From Planctomycetota bacterium (lineage in GTDB: Bacteria > Planctomycetota > Phycisphaerae > Phycisphaerales > UBA1924): DNA of 64,000 nt. This document shows positions 30,853 through 39,896 of the stretch, piece after piece. The position numbers were made by a program, and so were the translations under genes. Below the pieces are notes generated by a model. The model searched no databases, had not been told where the DNA came from, and saw nothing but the letters and a program-made list of their open reading frames with translations. The stretch is taken from contig CAUJHH010000067.1 in NCBI GenBank assembly GCA_963204725.1, forward strand, positions 15,459 to 79,458, in the 5' to 3' direction. Each line of letters starts with the position of its first letter. Within the stretch, counting starts at the first letter, position 1.

Positions 30853-32299
30853 GAAGCGAGCCAGAGTCGGCGAGGTCCGAGGGTGCTGGGATGGCGTCGG
30901 GGAGTTCGACCCGCATCGTCGTGCCCTGTTTCCAGACGGATTCGACGGAGATCCGGCCACCGAGCGTGCGCACGGCATGCTTGACGATGGCCAGACCAAG
31001 GCCGGTGCCGCGTTTGCCGTTGCCGGCCCGTGCGGGGTCCGCCTGGAAAAACCGCTCAAAGATGCGTGGCTGGAGCCCGATCGGGATCCCGATGCCTCGA
31101 TCGATGACTTCGATCACGAGGTCGCGCCGCGCGGATGCCTGGCCAGCCAGCTCCGGCTTCTGCACCCTGGCCACCACTCGGATCGCGGTGCCTTCGAACG
31201 CGAACTTGGCCGCGTTCTCCACGAGGTTGCGGAGGATCAGGTTGAGCACTCGCGCATCGCTCCTGATCAGGGCGGCGCCGGGATCGGCCGAGAACTCGAT
31301 CGTGAGCCGACGCTCAACGCAGGCCGTCTCGAAGAACTCGCCCAGCTCCTTCCCGAGGTTATGGAACGCGATGAGCGCGTACTCAACGGGCACCTCGGTC
31401 GTTTCCACTCGGGATAGATCGAGCAGGTCGCGGCAGAGTTCCTCGAGTCGGGTCGCCGCGCTCGCGATGGTGCGGAGGAACCTGGCCCTGGCCTCGGGGT
31501 CGTCGCCGGCGGCATCCTCGATTGTCTCAACGGAGGCGCGGATGGCCGCCAAGGGTGTCCGCAACTCGTGGGAAGCGTTGGCCACAAAGTCGGTCTTGAG
31601 CTGCATCGCAGTCGCAAGGTCCGTCACGTCGCGAAACGTCATCACCGCGCTGCAGCGTGTGGGTTTGTCGTCTGCCCGGGCCGGCAGCGGGCGCAGGGGG
31701 CACGCGGAGACATCGAGGATCAGATTGCCCGTCGAGCGTGGAAGCCGCACCCGCGCCTGACGCACCGAACCGCGACGTGCTCCGGCGGCGATCGCCACCA
31801 ATTCCGGGAGCGTAAAGATCTGGTCGATCGCGCGTCCTTCGATCTGTGGCCCCAGCAGCTCGCGTGCCGCGGCATTGGCGAGCCAGACGCGACCGGAAGG
31901 GTCGATACCGATGGTCGCGAACTCGACCAGATCGACCAGCTCGCGCATCGCTTCGACGCGTGATTCCAGCGAGAGTCGCTCGGCCTCCAAGCGGTCCGCG
32001 AGCGCGTCCGCGGTCGGCGCAGAGAGCGGTGCGCCGCCGATGGCACGAGCGGCGAGCGTCGTGAGGATCTCCGCTCGCTCGGCATCGACCGCGCCACGGA
32101 GCATGTCTCCCACGCGGATCAACGCGACGAGGGCAACCGCACCGATGACGAGCAGCGCGAGCGTCGCGATCCAGACTGCGAGCCCGAGCGCCATGCCAGC
32201 AGCCAGCAGCAGGAGCAGTACCGCCATGAGCACGGCGATCGCGCGGGCGCGGGCGATGACGCGGGCGGCCTGTTGGATGTGGCGACCGTCGGTGCTCAT
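30842..32299 (-). CDS. Sensor histidine kinase (TM + PAS + HisKA + HATPase_c; PhoR-like)
   Basis: FVANASHELRTPLAAIRASVETI (H-box), NLVENAAKF (N-box), DRGIGIP (G1) and GTGLGLAIVKH (G2). A PAS-like segment lies between the TM region and the H-box. Confidence 0.9.
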   Translation of the reverse strand: MSTDGRHIQQAARVIARARAIAVLMAVLLLLLAAGMALGLAVWIATLALLVIGAVALVALIRVGDMLRGAVDAERAEILTTLAARAIGGAPLSAPTADALADRLEAERLSLESRVEAMRELVDLVEFATIGIDPSGRVWLANAAARELLGPQIEGRAIDQIFTLPELVAIAAGARRGSVRQARVRLPRSTGNLILDVSACPLRPLPARADDKPTRCSAVMTFRDVTDLATAMQLKTDFVANASHELRTPLAAIRASVETIEDAAGDDPEARARFLRTIASAATRLEELCRDLLDLSRVETTEVPVEYALIAFHNLGKELGEFFETACVERRLTIEFSADPGAALIRSDARVLNLILRNLVENAAKFAFEGTAIRVVARVQKPELAGQASARRDLVIEVIDRGIGIPIGLQPRIFERFFQADPARAGNGKRGTGLGLAIVKHAVRTLGGRISVESVWKQGTTMRVELPDAIPAPSDLADSGSLPTT

Positions 32300-32353
32300 G
32301 GGTGGCTCAGTATCTCATGCTCTGCGAACGCGTGCGATCGAGAGCTGCAGGGC

Positions 32354-33073
32354 CTAGGCCCGGGCACTTTCTTCTGCGCCATCCGGCTCGTCGGCGATGC
32401 GGTAGCCAACTCCCCGAACTGTCTTGACCAGATCCGCCCATGGCCCGAGCTTGCGGCGAATCGCGGTGATGTGCACATCAATGGTGCGTTCGGTGACGGT
32501 GATGCCGGGCCCCATCGCGCGGGACATGAGCGCCGAGCGGCTCAAGACTCTCCCGTCGGCCTGAAGGAGCGACGCCAGAAGCCGGAACTCGGTGACCGTC
32601 AGCTTGATCTGTTCGCCGTCGACCGAAGCCTGATGGGTGCCGAGATCAAGGTGGACCCCTCTGAGCTCGAGCGTTTGCCGACCCTGCGTGGGACCGCGTG
32701 AGCGCCGCAAAAGCGACTCGACGCGCGCCATGAGGACCTTTACGGAAAAGGGCTTGGTCACGTAGTCGTCGGCGCCGACCGTCAGGCCGACGATCTGGTC
32801 GACTTCCTCGCTCTTGGCCGTCAGCATGATGACGGGCAGTTTCGCCGTCGCGGGCTCGGACCGCAATCGTGTCAGCACCTCCGTGCCCGAGAGGCCTGGC
32901 ATCATCACGTCCAAAATCACCAGATCTGGGTGTATTTTTGAAATTTGCTGGAGCGCCTGGCGCCCGTCGTGAGCGAAGGAGGTCTCATAACCGCTCCGCT
33001 TGAGGTTGTACGACACGAGGTCGACGAGATCTCGCTCATCGTCCACCACCAGGATGTGGGCTTGGGATGGCAT
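32354..33073 (-). CDS. OmpR/PhoB-family response regulator
   Basis: ILVVDDERDLVDLV...DLVILDVMMPGLSG...LTAK is a receiver domain. The C-terminal winged helix is TVTEFRLLASLL...VRGVGYRI. ATG at 33073 (the track uses the TTG at 33079). Confidence 0.92.
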   Translation of the reverse strand: MPSQAHILVVDDERDLVDLVSYNLKRSGYETSFAHDGRQALQQISKIHPDLVILDVMMPGLSGTEVLTRLRSEPATAKLPVIMLTAKSEEVDQIVGLTVGADDYVTKPFSVKVLMARVESLLRRSRGPTQGRQTLELRGVHLDLGTHQASVDGEQIKLTVTEFRLLASLLQADGRVLSRSALMSRAMGPGITVTERTIDVHITAIRRKLGPWADLVKTVRGVGYRIADEPDGAEESARA

Positions 33074-33516
33074 GCTCAAACCGCCTGTTTACAAGGGTTT
33101 AGAGATCAACGACCGAAACCCGATCCGAGTGTGAAGAGCGTAGCCATCGGGTCGTGTTGCTTGCCAGCCCCGGCGTGTTTGGTTTGCGCGAAGGTTTGAA
33201 TCTGCGCGGCTCCAACGGCGAGGTGGATTTGCGATCTTGCCGCGACGATCGATCCGACTCAGAATCTGGCGAGAGCCAGTCGAATCTTGGCAAACAGCCA
33301 TTGGACAGTGTTGCAAGTAAGTACTAGCATATTTATTCGAGATTGTGTTGAACATTCGGACGTTCGGACCGATTGAGCGAGCGGACCAATCGAGCCCTGT
33401 GAGAACAAACGCCGTACGTGCAGGGCCGAATAGCGGCATGTGGAAAACCGTAGTCTGGACTAGCATTGGAACTTGTGGGTGCTAACATGACGCCCAACCC
33501 TTCGAAGGAGTTACGC

Positions 33517-34809
33517 ATGAAGAAGACGACTGCACTGTTTCTCGTGGCGGGCCTGGCAACCATCGCCAGCGCTCAGGACCCCACCCTTGACCAGTCTCGC
33601 GCTGAGCTGGCCAACATGAAGGCCGACGCGGCCAACCGTACCTCTCTCCTCGCCGCCGGCGCCGACGCTGGTCACGATGAGAAGGGTTTCTACATGGCGG
33701 ACGGCGACAACTTCCGGCTGAACGTCGGCGGTCAGGTCCAGTTCCGCTACAACATGAACTTCCGCGACGACGACTCCGGCCCCGATGTGAATGACGAGTT
33801 CACGCAGGGCTTCCAGACCCGTCGCACGAAGCTCGAGTTCTGGGGCAACGTGATCAACCCCAACCTGCACTACAAGGTTGTGGGCGCGTTCAACCGGGGC
33901 GACAGCGACACCGATGTCTCTGACGGCACCGGCACGGTCGGCTCGTTCAGCAGCGGCGGCGGCGACTTCGTCCTCGAGGACGCCTGGGTTGCCTACGACT
34001 TCAACGAGAACATGACCATGACTTGGGGCCAGTTCAAGGCTCCTTGGATGCGCGAGGAGCTCGTCTCCAGCAAGTACCAGCTCGCCGCGGATCGTTCGAC
34101 CATGAACGAGACTTTCAACCAGGACCGCAGCCAGGGCATCCAGCTCGAGTGGCACAACGATAACTTCCGCATCCTCGGTGCGTTCACCGACGGCTTCGGC
34201 ACGGCCAACTCCGACTTCGACAGCTCCGCTGAGGCCGATTATGCCCTCACCGGCCGCATCGAGTACAACACGATTGGCTCCTGGGCCCGCTTCAAGGACT
34301 TCACCTCTTGGCGCTCCGCCGAGAACGTCGGCATGCTCTTCGGTGGCGCGGTCCACTGGCAGAACGGCGGCGAGACCGGCGGCACCGTCGACGCGGACCT
34401 GTTCGGCCTCACGGCTGACATCAGCGTCGAGGGCAAGGGCTGGAACCTCTTCGGCTCGGTCGTCTGGACCGACACCGACGTCGATGGCGGTTACAACGGC
34501 GACGACTGGGGCTTCAACGTCCAGGGCGGCGTCTTCGTGACCAACAAGGACGAGCTCTTCGCTCGCTGGGACATGCTCTTCCCCGGTGACGATCGCTCGG
34601 GCGATGACGATTTCACGACGCTGACCTTCGGCTGGAACCACTACTTCGTTGAGGAGTCCCACGCCGCCAAGTTCACGCTCGACCTCCTGTGGTACCTCGA
34701 TGCGACCACGGACACCGAGATCGTCTCCCCCAGCACCGGCATCAACCTGCTCACGTCTCCCGACGATGATCAGTGGGGCATCCGGGCCCAGTTCCAGCTC
34801 CTGTTCTGA
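33517..34809 (+). CDS. Outer-membrane beta-barrel porin (possibly phosphate-selective OprO/P-like)
   Basis: ATG at 33517 with GAAGGAG at 33504-33510. Signal peptide MKKTTALFLVAGLATIASAQ, alternating beta-strand pattern (FRLNVGGQVQFRYNMNF) and a C-terminal QFQLLF ending in Phe. The OprO/P-like call rests on context (adjacent PhoR/PhoB-like pair) and is weak. Confidence 0.7.
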   Translation: MKKTTALFLVAGLATIASAQDPTLDQSRAELANMKADAANRTSLLAAGADAGHDEKGFYMADGDNFRLNVGGQVQFRYNMNFRDDDSGPDVNDEFTQGFQTRRTKLEFWGNVINPNLHYKVVGAFNRGDSDTDVSDGTGTVGSFSSGGGDFVLEDAWVAYDFNENMTMTWGQFKAPWMREELVSSKYQLAADRSTMNETFNQDRSQGIQLEWHNDNFRILGAFTDGFGTANSDFDSSAEADYALTGRIEYNTIGSWARFKDFTSWRSAENVGMLFGGAVHWQNGGETGGTVDADLFGLTADISVEGKGWNLFGSVVWTDTDVDGGYNGDDWGFNVQGGVFVTNKDELFARWDMLFPGDDRSGDDDFTTLTFGWNHYFVEESHAAKFTLDLLWYLDATTDTEIVSPSTGINLLTSPDDDQWGIRAQFQLLF

Positions 34810-34867
34810 TACAGAGCTGAGACACACGCACCGAGCCTGAAGCAACGGGCGTGAATCAGTGAATCTC

Positions 34868-34907
34868 AACCGGGCGGGCCGCAAGGTCCGCCCGGTTCTT
34901 TTTTGTT
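34868..34907 (+). terminator. Intrinsic terminator downstream of porin gene
   Basis: A 13-bp stem with one G-U pair, AACCGGGCGGGCC (34868-34880) pairing with GGTCCGCCCGGTT (34885-34897), loop GCAA, followed by CTTTTTTGTT. Confidence 0.7.
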
Positions 34908-34996
34908 CCGGCTTCGTCTCTTCGCTCACCTCGCGAGGTCAAGAGTTCGGGGCGTACGGAGCGAGTCCTGACCTGCACACGATTTCGAGTCGAAGC

Positions 34997-36130
34997 TCAG
35001 GCCTCGGCGAACGATGTCCCCACGCTCCGCGCCGCCGCGAGCAGGGGCTGGTCGGGCGCCACGAGCCGCTGCTTGTTGCTCGCCTCGGTGAGCGCGATGT
35101 CACCGAGCCGGCCGTCCTTCCAGACAACGAGACGAGAGCCGCGTGAGGCGTCCATGTCGCGAGCGGGCCCAGAGCCGAACTTCAGCAACTCCATCGCGTG
35201 GTCGCCAAAGAGCGTGGCCAGGACGCGATCGAGCGCGACGGGGGTTCCTCCGCGCTGCACGTGTCCGAGCACCACATACCGCGACTCGATCCCCGTGCGC
35301 TCCTCGATCTGATCGGCCACCGCACGCCCGATCCCCCCGAGCCGGATCGGATCGGGGCTCGTCGCGACGATCCGCTCGACAAAGGCCTTTCCGCCGACGG
35401 GCCGCGCGCCTTCTGACGCGCACACGATGCTGTACCGCTTACCGCGCCCCGCTCGCTCGCGGATCTGGTCGCAGACGCTCTCGATGCTGAATGGGATCTC
35501 GGGGATCAGGATGATGTCGCTGCCACTGGCGACACCCGCGTGCAGCGCGATCCACCCCGCGTTCCGCCCCATCACCTCCACCACCATCACCCGATGGTGG
35601 CTGGCGGCGGTCGTCCGCACGCGATCAATCGCGTCCGTCGCCGTCTGCACAGCGGTGGAGAAGCCAAAGGTCAGGTCGGTGCCGTGGATGTCGTTGTCGA
35701 TCGTCTTGGGCACGCCGATGCAGCGCACACCGCGCTGCACCATGATCTCCGCGCACGACATGGTCCCATCTCCGCCGACGACGACGAGGGCCTGCAACCC
35801 GTGGCGCTCGATGACGCTCATGCAGAAATCAGTGCGGTCTTCGATGATGGGAGAGCCATCGGGGAGCATGCCGCAGGCAAACCGCGAGGGATTGGCCTTG
35901 TTCGACGAGCCGAGGATGGTGCCTCCGTCGGCAAGGATGCCCGAGACATCGTCCGGCGTGAGCGGCCGGACGCGATTCTCGATGAGCCCGAGGAAACCGT
36001 CCTCAATGCCGACGGTCTCGATGCCGTGGCTAGCGGCATCCTTGACGACGGCGCGAATGACAGCATTGAGGCCGGGGCAGTCGCCGCCCCCGGTGAGCAC
36101 GCCGATGCGGGTGATGGAGGGTGAGGGCAT
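34997..36130 (-). CDS. 6-phosphofructokinase (phosphoryl donor ambiguous, ATP or PPi)
   Basis: IGVLTGGGDCPGLNAVIRAVV, VVVGGDGTMSCA, GVPKTIDNDIHGTD and MGRNAGWIAL. I trimmed the track ORF (36280) to the ATG at 36130 (MPSPSITRIGVL). Confidence 0.92.
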   Translation of the reverse strand: MPSPSITRIGVLTGGGDCPGLNAVIRAVVKDAASHGIETVGIEDGFLGLIENRVRPLTPDDVSGILADGGTILGSSNKANPSRFACGMLPDGSPIIEDRTDFCMSVIERHGLQALVVVGGDGTMSCAEIMVQRGVRCIGVPKTIDNDIHGTDLTFGFSTAVQTATDAIDRVRTTAASHHRVMVVEVMGRNAGWIALHAGVASGSDIILIPEIPFSIESVCDQIRERAGRGKRYSIVCASEGARPVGGKAFVERIVATSPDPIRLGGIGRAVADQIEERTGIESRYVVLGHVQRGGTPVALDRVLATLFGDHAMELLKFGSGPARDMDASRGSRLVVWKDGRLGDIALTEASNKQRLVAPDQPLLAAARSVGTSFAEA

Positions 36131-36165
36131 GGGGGATGGTAGTGCATAGTCAGTACACTGCAGGT

Positions 36166-37080
36166 ATGGGATCTGCCGTGCCGCTTGCTGTGCTGGTTGT
36201 AGTCGCTGTGGTCGTGCTGGTCGCGATTCGCCGAGGTAGCCGCATGCCAAAGGCATGTCGGCACGGCGCAATCTGTGCAAACTGCGGATACGGCTACTCC
36301 GGATGGCAGATCTGCCCCGAATGTGGGCGCTCCGCCGCCCATTCCGGAGTGCTGACGCCCGCGCTCTGGACCAAGTTCCGCGTTGACCCTTCCGGTGTCG
36401 TGCTGGGTTGGCTATTCGTTGGACTTGTGAGCGCTGGTGTGATGAGCGACATTGCGGATCATCTCATTGAACTGGCTGGCTATACCAAGATTGACGTGTG
36501 GCATTCCGCCGACGCGAGCGATGCCAATAACCGGCCGGTCCGGTTCATCATCGAGGTTGAGGGCCTACAGATGCGCAACGTCGTACGCGACGGAACCATG
36601 CGAGTAGTCTTGCACGGCGACGCAAACCCGAGCCCAGCGATCTGGTCGCTCGGCCCTGTCGCGTCGGCGGAGTTCGATTACAAGTCAGGCAAAGTCACTA
36701 TCCTGGATCGATCCGGCCACTCAGTCGCGATGTACGACGGCTTCACGCCGCTGGCCGTGGCCGCCCTCTATGCAGCCGGTGGCTACGGGGATGACAACCC
36801 GATTCACCCTTCGGCTGAAGAGACGAGTAAGTCGCTCGCGGACTCCAGCAACAACTGGAGGGGAACGCTGTCGGGATTTCGTGCGTCGTCGTCGGTCCAA
36901 AGAACGTCGATTCCCGCTCTGCCAGTTCCCATCTTCGGACACTATGGCCCGTATCACCGATGGGTCATCCTCGCTCTCGGTGTCGTTCTGGCGTTCCTCG
37001 GAGTCCGCTGGTCCTTGCGAAAGCGTGCCGAGGCCTTCGCTTTCGCCGCCAAGCCGTCCGCACCGAGTCCCAATCAATAG
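36166..37080 (+). CDS. Uncharacterised zinc-ribbon membrane protein (TM - Cx2CGY..CPECG - TM - ~190-aa domain - TM), paralog 3
   Basis: The ATG at 36166 gives MGSAVPLAVLVVVAVVVLVAI (TM), then CANCGYGYSGWQICPECG, a second TM (VVLGWLFVGLVSAGV), a soluble segment and a C-terminal TM (WVILALGVVLAFLGV). Confidence 0.6.
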   Translation: MGSAVPLAVLVVVAVVVLVAIRRGSRMPKACRHGAICANCGYGYSGWQICPECGRSAAHSGVLTPALWTKFRVDPSGVVLGWLFVGLVSAGVMSDIADHLIELAGYTKIDVWHSADASDANNRPVRFIIEVEGLQMRNVVRDGTMRVVLHGDANPSPAIWSLGPVASAEFDYKSGKVTILDRSGHSVAMYDGFTPLAVAALYAAGGYGDDNPIHPSAEETSKSLADSSNNWRGTLSGFRASSSVQRTSIPALPVPIFGHYGPYHRWVILALGVVLAFLGVRWSLRKRAEAFAFAAKPSAPSPNQ

Positions 37081-37089
37081 ACTCCACCC

Positions 37090-38061
37090 ATGATGGCCTT
37101 CGGCCCCATCGTCATTCTCGCCCTCTGTGCTCTCTCGGTATGGATGGGAATCGCCGCCGTGCTGCGCGTCTGCAGGGTGCCCCGCGCCGTCGAACCCGGC
37201 GGCTCGTGCGGCAGGTGCGGCTACGCCTACACCCACTGGACCCGCTGCCCGGAGTGCGGATCAGAAGTCAGCACTGTCGGCATCGCCACCCCATGGCTCA
37301 TGTTCCGGCACCGTGGAAGCATGCCCGGAGCCCTCTTCGCCCTCACGCTCATGGCCTTCGCGATGGCGTTCCTCCTGACCGGCCTGACAGTGGGCCTCTG
37401 CCAGTTCGCCGGATGGAACCAGCACACCCGTCAGTCCGGCATGTCCACGCTCCAGCCGCCTCCGATCAACGGGCGCCCCCAACCTCTGCCACAGGTCAGC
37501 TTCCTGGTCCACCGCGAAGTCGTCGGCCCGAGCGTCAACTCCCCGACCCGCGGCGAGGTCGTGCTGGTGCTGCTGCCGAAGGGAGCGACGCTCGCCATGA
37601 CCGCCGATCGCCCCGATACGACCGGCGCGTTCCACATCCTGCACGACGTGAAGGACGGACAGTTCGTCACCCGCTCCGATGCGGGCGAGACGATCCGCGA
37701 AGGGAAAGGGATCCAGATCGAAGACGTCGCCGATTGGCTGGAGCGCGCGGGCGTCGCCTTCGACGAAGAGGAGCGTCGCGTCGCCGCAGCACAGATCCTG
37801 CAGGAGATCGATAGCTCACACGCCGGCGCGCTCGCAGTGATCGGGCCGGGCAATCTCGGGCCGCGCGGCGTCGTGCTGGCGAGCCGGGGCTTCTCGACGC
37901 GATCGATCCCGTCACTCCCGTTCGCTGTCGTTGGACTGACCGGCATGACCGGTATCACGATCGTCACCTCCGTCGCGAGCGCCGTGATCTACATCGTCGC
38001 TTTGTGGTGGGTCGTGACGCGCCGGCGCCGGCTCATGTCGCCCGAGCGATCCGGGGCCTGA
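37090..38061 (+). CDS. Uncharacterised zinc-ribbon membrane protein, paralog 4 (same architecture as paralog 3)
   Basis: MMAFGPIVILALCALSVWMGIAAVL (TM), CGRCGYAYTHWTRCPECG, TM (ALFALTLMAFAMAFLLTGLTVGL), a ~190-aa segment and a C-terminal TM (ITIVTSVASAVIYIVALWWV). It starts 9 nt after paralog 3. Confidence 0.6.
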   Translation: MMAFGPIVILALCALSVWMGIAAVLRVCRVPRAVEPGGSCGRCGYAYTHWTRCPECGSEVSTVGIATPWLMFRHRGSMPGALFALTLMAFAMAFLLTGLTVGLCQFAGWNQHTRQSGMSTLQPPPINGRPQPLPQVSFLVHREVVGPSVNSPTRGEVVLVLLPKGATLAMTADRPDTTGAFHILHDVKDGQFVTRSDAGETIREGKGIQIEDVADWLERAGVAFDEEERRVAAAQILQEIDSSHAGALAVIGPGNLGPRGVVLASRGFSTRSIPSLPFAVVGLTGMTGITIVTSVASAVIYIVALWWVVTRRRRLMSPERSGA

Positions 38062-39334
38062 GCAGCGGGATCAGCACGACCGCAACCCCCGCCACTATCG
38101 CCCCAACTCCGAATGTTGCGGAGGGCGAAACGCGGTCCCAGAGCACGCCGCCCACAACGCTCGCCAGGAGCGCGACCAGCCCGCTCGCCATGGCGTAGAC
38201 CCCCAAGGCAGTCCCACGCTTGTCGCGCGGCGCGTGATCCGTCACGAGTGCCTTGCCTACGCCATCGGTCAACGCCATGTACACGCCGTAGAGTGCAAAG
38301 AGCGGCCACACTTCCGGCGCGCCAGTCAACGCGAAGCCGGCGTATGCCAGCGCGTAGATCGTCCACCCGATGGCGATGACCCGCCAGCGGCCGATTCGGT
38401 CGCTGAGGATGCCCGCCGGGTAGGAAGCCAATGTATAGACGAGGTTGAAGAGTGCGTAGGCCAGGACGATCATCCACGGCGAGAGCCCGAGATCGTGGGC
38501 CCGGAGCAGCAAGAACGCGTCGCTCGAGTTCGCAAACGCAAAGACCAGCAGGATCGCGACGGTCCTCCAATATGAAGGAGGGAGGCCGAATGGGCCGCCC
38601 GCGCGCGATGTCGGCGAGCGAATCGCAGCGTTCGGAACCGAAACGGAAGCCTCGGATGGGGCTTGGGGCTCGCGAACGAGGAACGTGAGCGCAACAGCCG
38701 CGAGTCCCAGCGCGGCGGAGACCGCGAAGATGATTCGGAACGCGCGACCATCGGAGCTCATGTCGCCGGGGGCAGGCGAAGCGCCTCCCGAGGACGAGTG
38801 CGACCCGGTCGGTGTGCCGGTGAGCCACCAGAGCAAGAGCGCGGCGAGGAGCACGCCGATCATCGCCCCAGCCGTGTCCATGGCGCGATGGAACCCGAAG
38901 GCGCGTCCGCGGATCTCAGGCGTGGTTGCGTCGGCGATCATGGCGTCACGAGGGCTGGAACGCAGCCCCTTTCCGAGTCGATCCGTCAATCGTCCGGCGA
39001 GCACGATGGGCCACGCACCTGCGAGGGCGAGCATGGCCTTTCCTGCAACGGGAAGTCCGTAGCCGATTCGGATGTAGGGAACCCGCTTGCGCGTGAGATC
39101 ACTGCGAAAGCCGACCCACCCGGTGATCACCGCGACAACCATTGCCGCGGCACCCTCGATTCCACCAAGGGTGGTCGCCGAAGCGCCGAGAACCCCGACC
39201 ACAAAGAGCGGGATCAGTGGGTAGATCATCTCACCGGAGATGTCCGCGAGGAGCGAGACCCAGCTCAGGAGCACGACCACGCGCGGGAGGCGGCGGGACG
39301 GCCGCCCTGTTTCGGAGGATTCGGACTCAGTCAT
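38033..39334 (-). CDS. MFS transporter
   Basis: 433 aa with ~12 hydrophobic helices and the MFS loop 2-3 motif LAGRLTDRLGKGLRSSPRDAMIAD. A second-half motif is GILSDRIGRWRV. Confidence 0.88.
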   Translation of the reverse strand: MTESESSETGRPSRRLPRVVVLLSWVSLLADISGEMIYPLIPLFVVGVLGASATTLGGIEGAAAMVVAVITGWVGFRSDLTRKRVPYIRIGYGLPVAGKAMLALAGAWPIVLAGRLTDRLGKGLRSSPRDAMIADATTPEIRGRAFGFHRAMDTAGAMIGVLLAALLLWWLTGTPTGSHSSSGGASPAPGDMSSDGRAFRIIFAVSAALGLAAVALTFLVREPQAPSEASVSVPNAAIRSPTSRAGGPFGLPPSYWRTVAILLVFAFANSSDAFLLLRAHDLGLSPWMIVLAYALFNLVYTLASYPAGILSDRIGRWRVIAIGWTIYALAYAGFALTGAPEVWPLFALYGVYMALTDGVGKALVTDHAPRDKRGTALGVYAMASGLVALLASVVGGVLWDRVSPSATFGVGAIVAGVAVVLIPLLRPRIARAT

Positions 39335-39478
39335 GGCTCATCCACGGCGCACATCCGCCACGTCGTTCCTGCGGACGAGAGCACCGATCACGGGCGCATC
39401 TGAGTCGCTCGCGCGGGGCTGATTCGCCGCAGACGATCCTAGTGGATATGGCGTCGGGACAGCGTTAGAGCCAGGGCG

Positions 39479-39727
39479 TCAGGCCGTGCGAAGGGCGTCG
39501 CGGTATCCGCCGCCATGCGAGAGCCGATCCACCCTGTTCTCCAGATTGCTGACGCGGACCATGCCGGGGATCAGGAACAGGTCGATGATCTGCCCGAGGC
39601 CCAGCAGACCGAATGTAAAGAGCCAGATCAGCCCGGTGATCCAGCGGCCGTGGTAGAAGCGGTGCAAGCCGCAGAGGCCGATGAAGCAGAAGAGCCAGAG
39701 GATGTAGGAGACTGGTGTGGATCGCAT
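39479..39727 (-). CDS. TM2 domain-containing small membrane protein
   Basis: 82 aa. ILWLFCFIGLCGLHRFYHGRWITGLIWLFTFGLLGLGQIIDLFLIP matches the TM2 two-helix pattern (G.HRFY.G......T.G..G....iD). Confidence 0.8.
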   Translation of the reverse strand: MRSTPVSYILWLFCFIGLCGLHRFYHGRWITGLIWLFTFGLLGLGQIIDLFLIPGMVRVSNLENRVDRLSHGGGYRDALRTA

Positions 39728-39896
39728 GGGGGATGGCCCTCCGGTCGGAGGGGGTGTGGGCGATAGGAATTGTTGCCCTCCGACAGAACCGTTGTTGGGA
39801 AGGCGAGGCGTCGCGCTTCACCGGGCGTCGGACCGCCTCAGGAGGAAAGGAGCCGGGCCCGAACCCTGGTGGGACGCTCTCGGTACCATTCAACTC

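Noticed and set aside
33180-33225. GGTTTGAATC, resembling a tRNA T-loop (GGTTCGAATCC), followed by CTCCA.
   Set aside because: The flanking bases do not form a T-stem, acceptor stem or anticodon arm, so no cloverleaf can be drawn.
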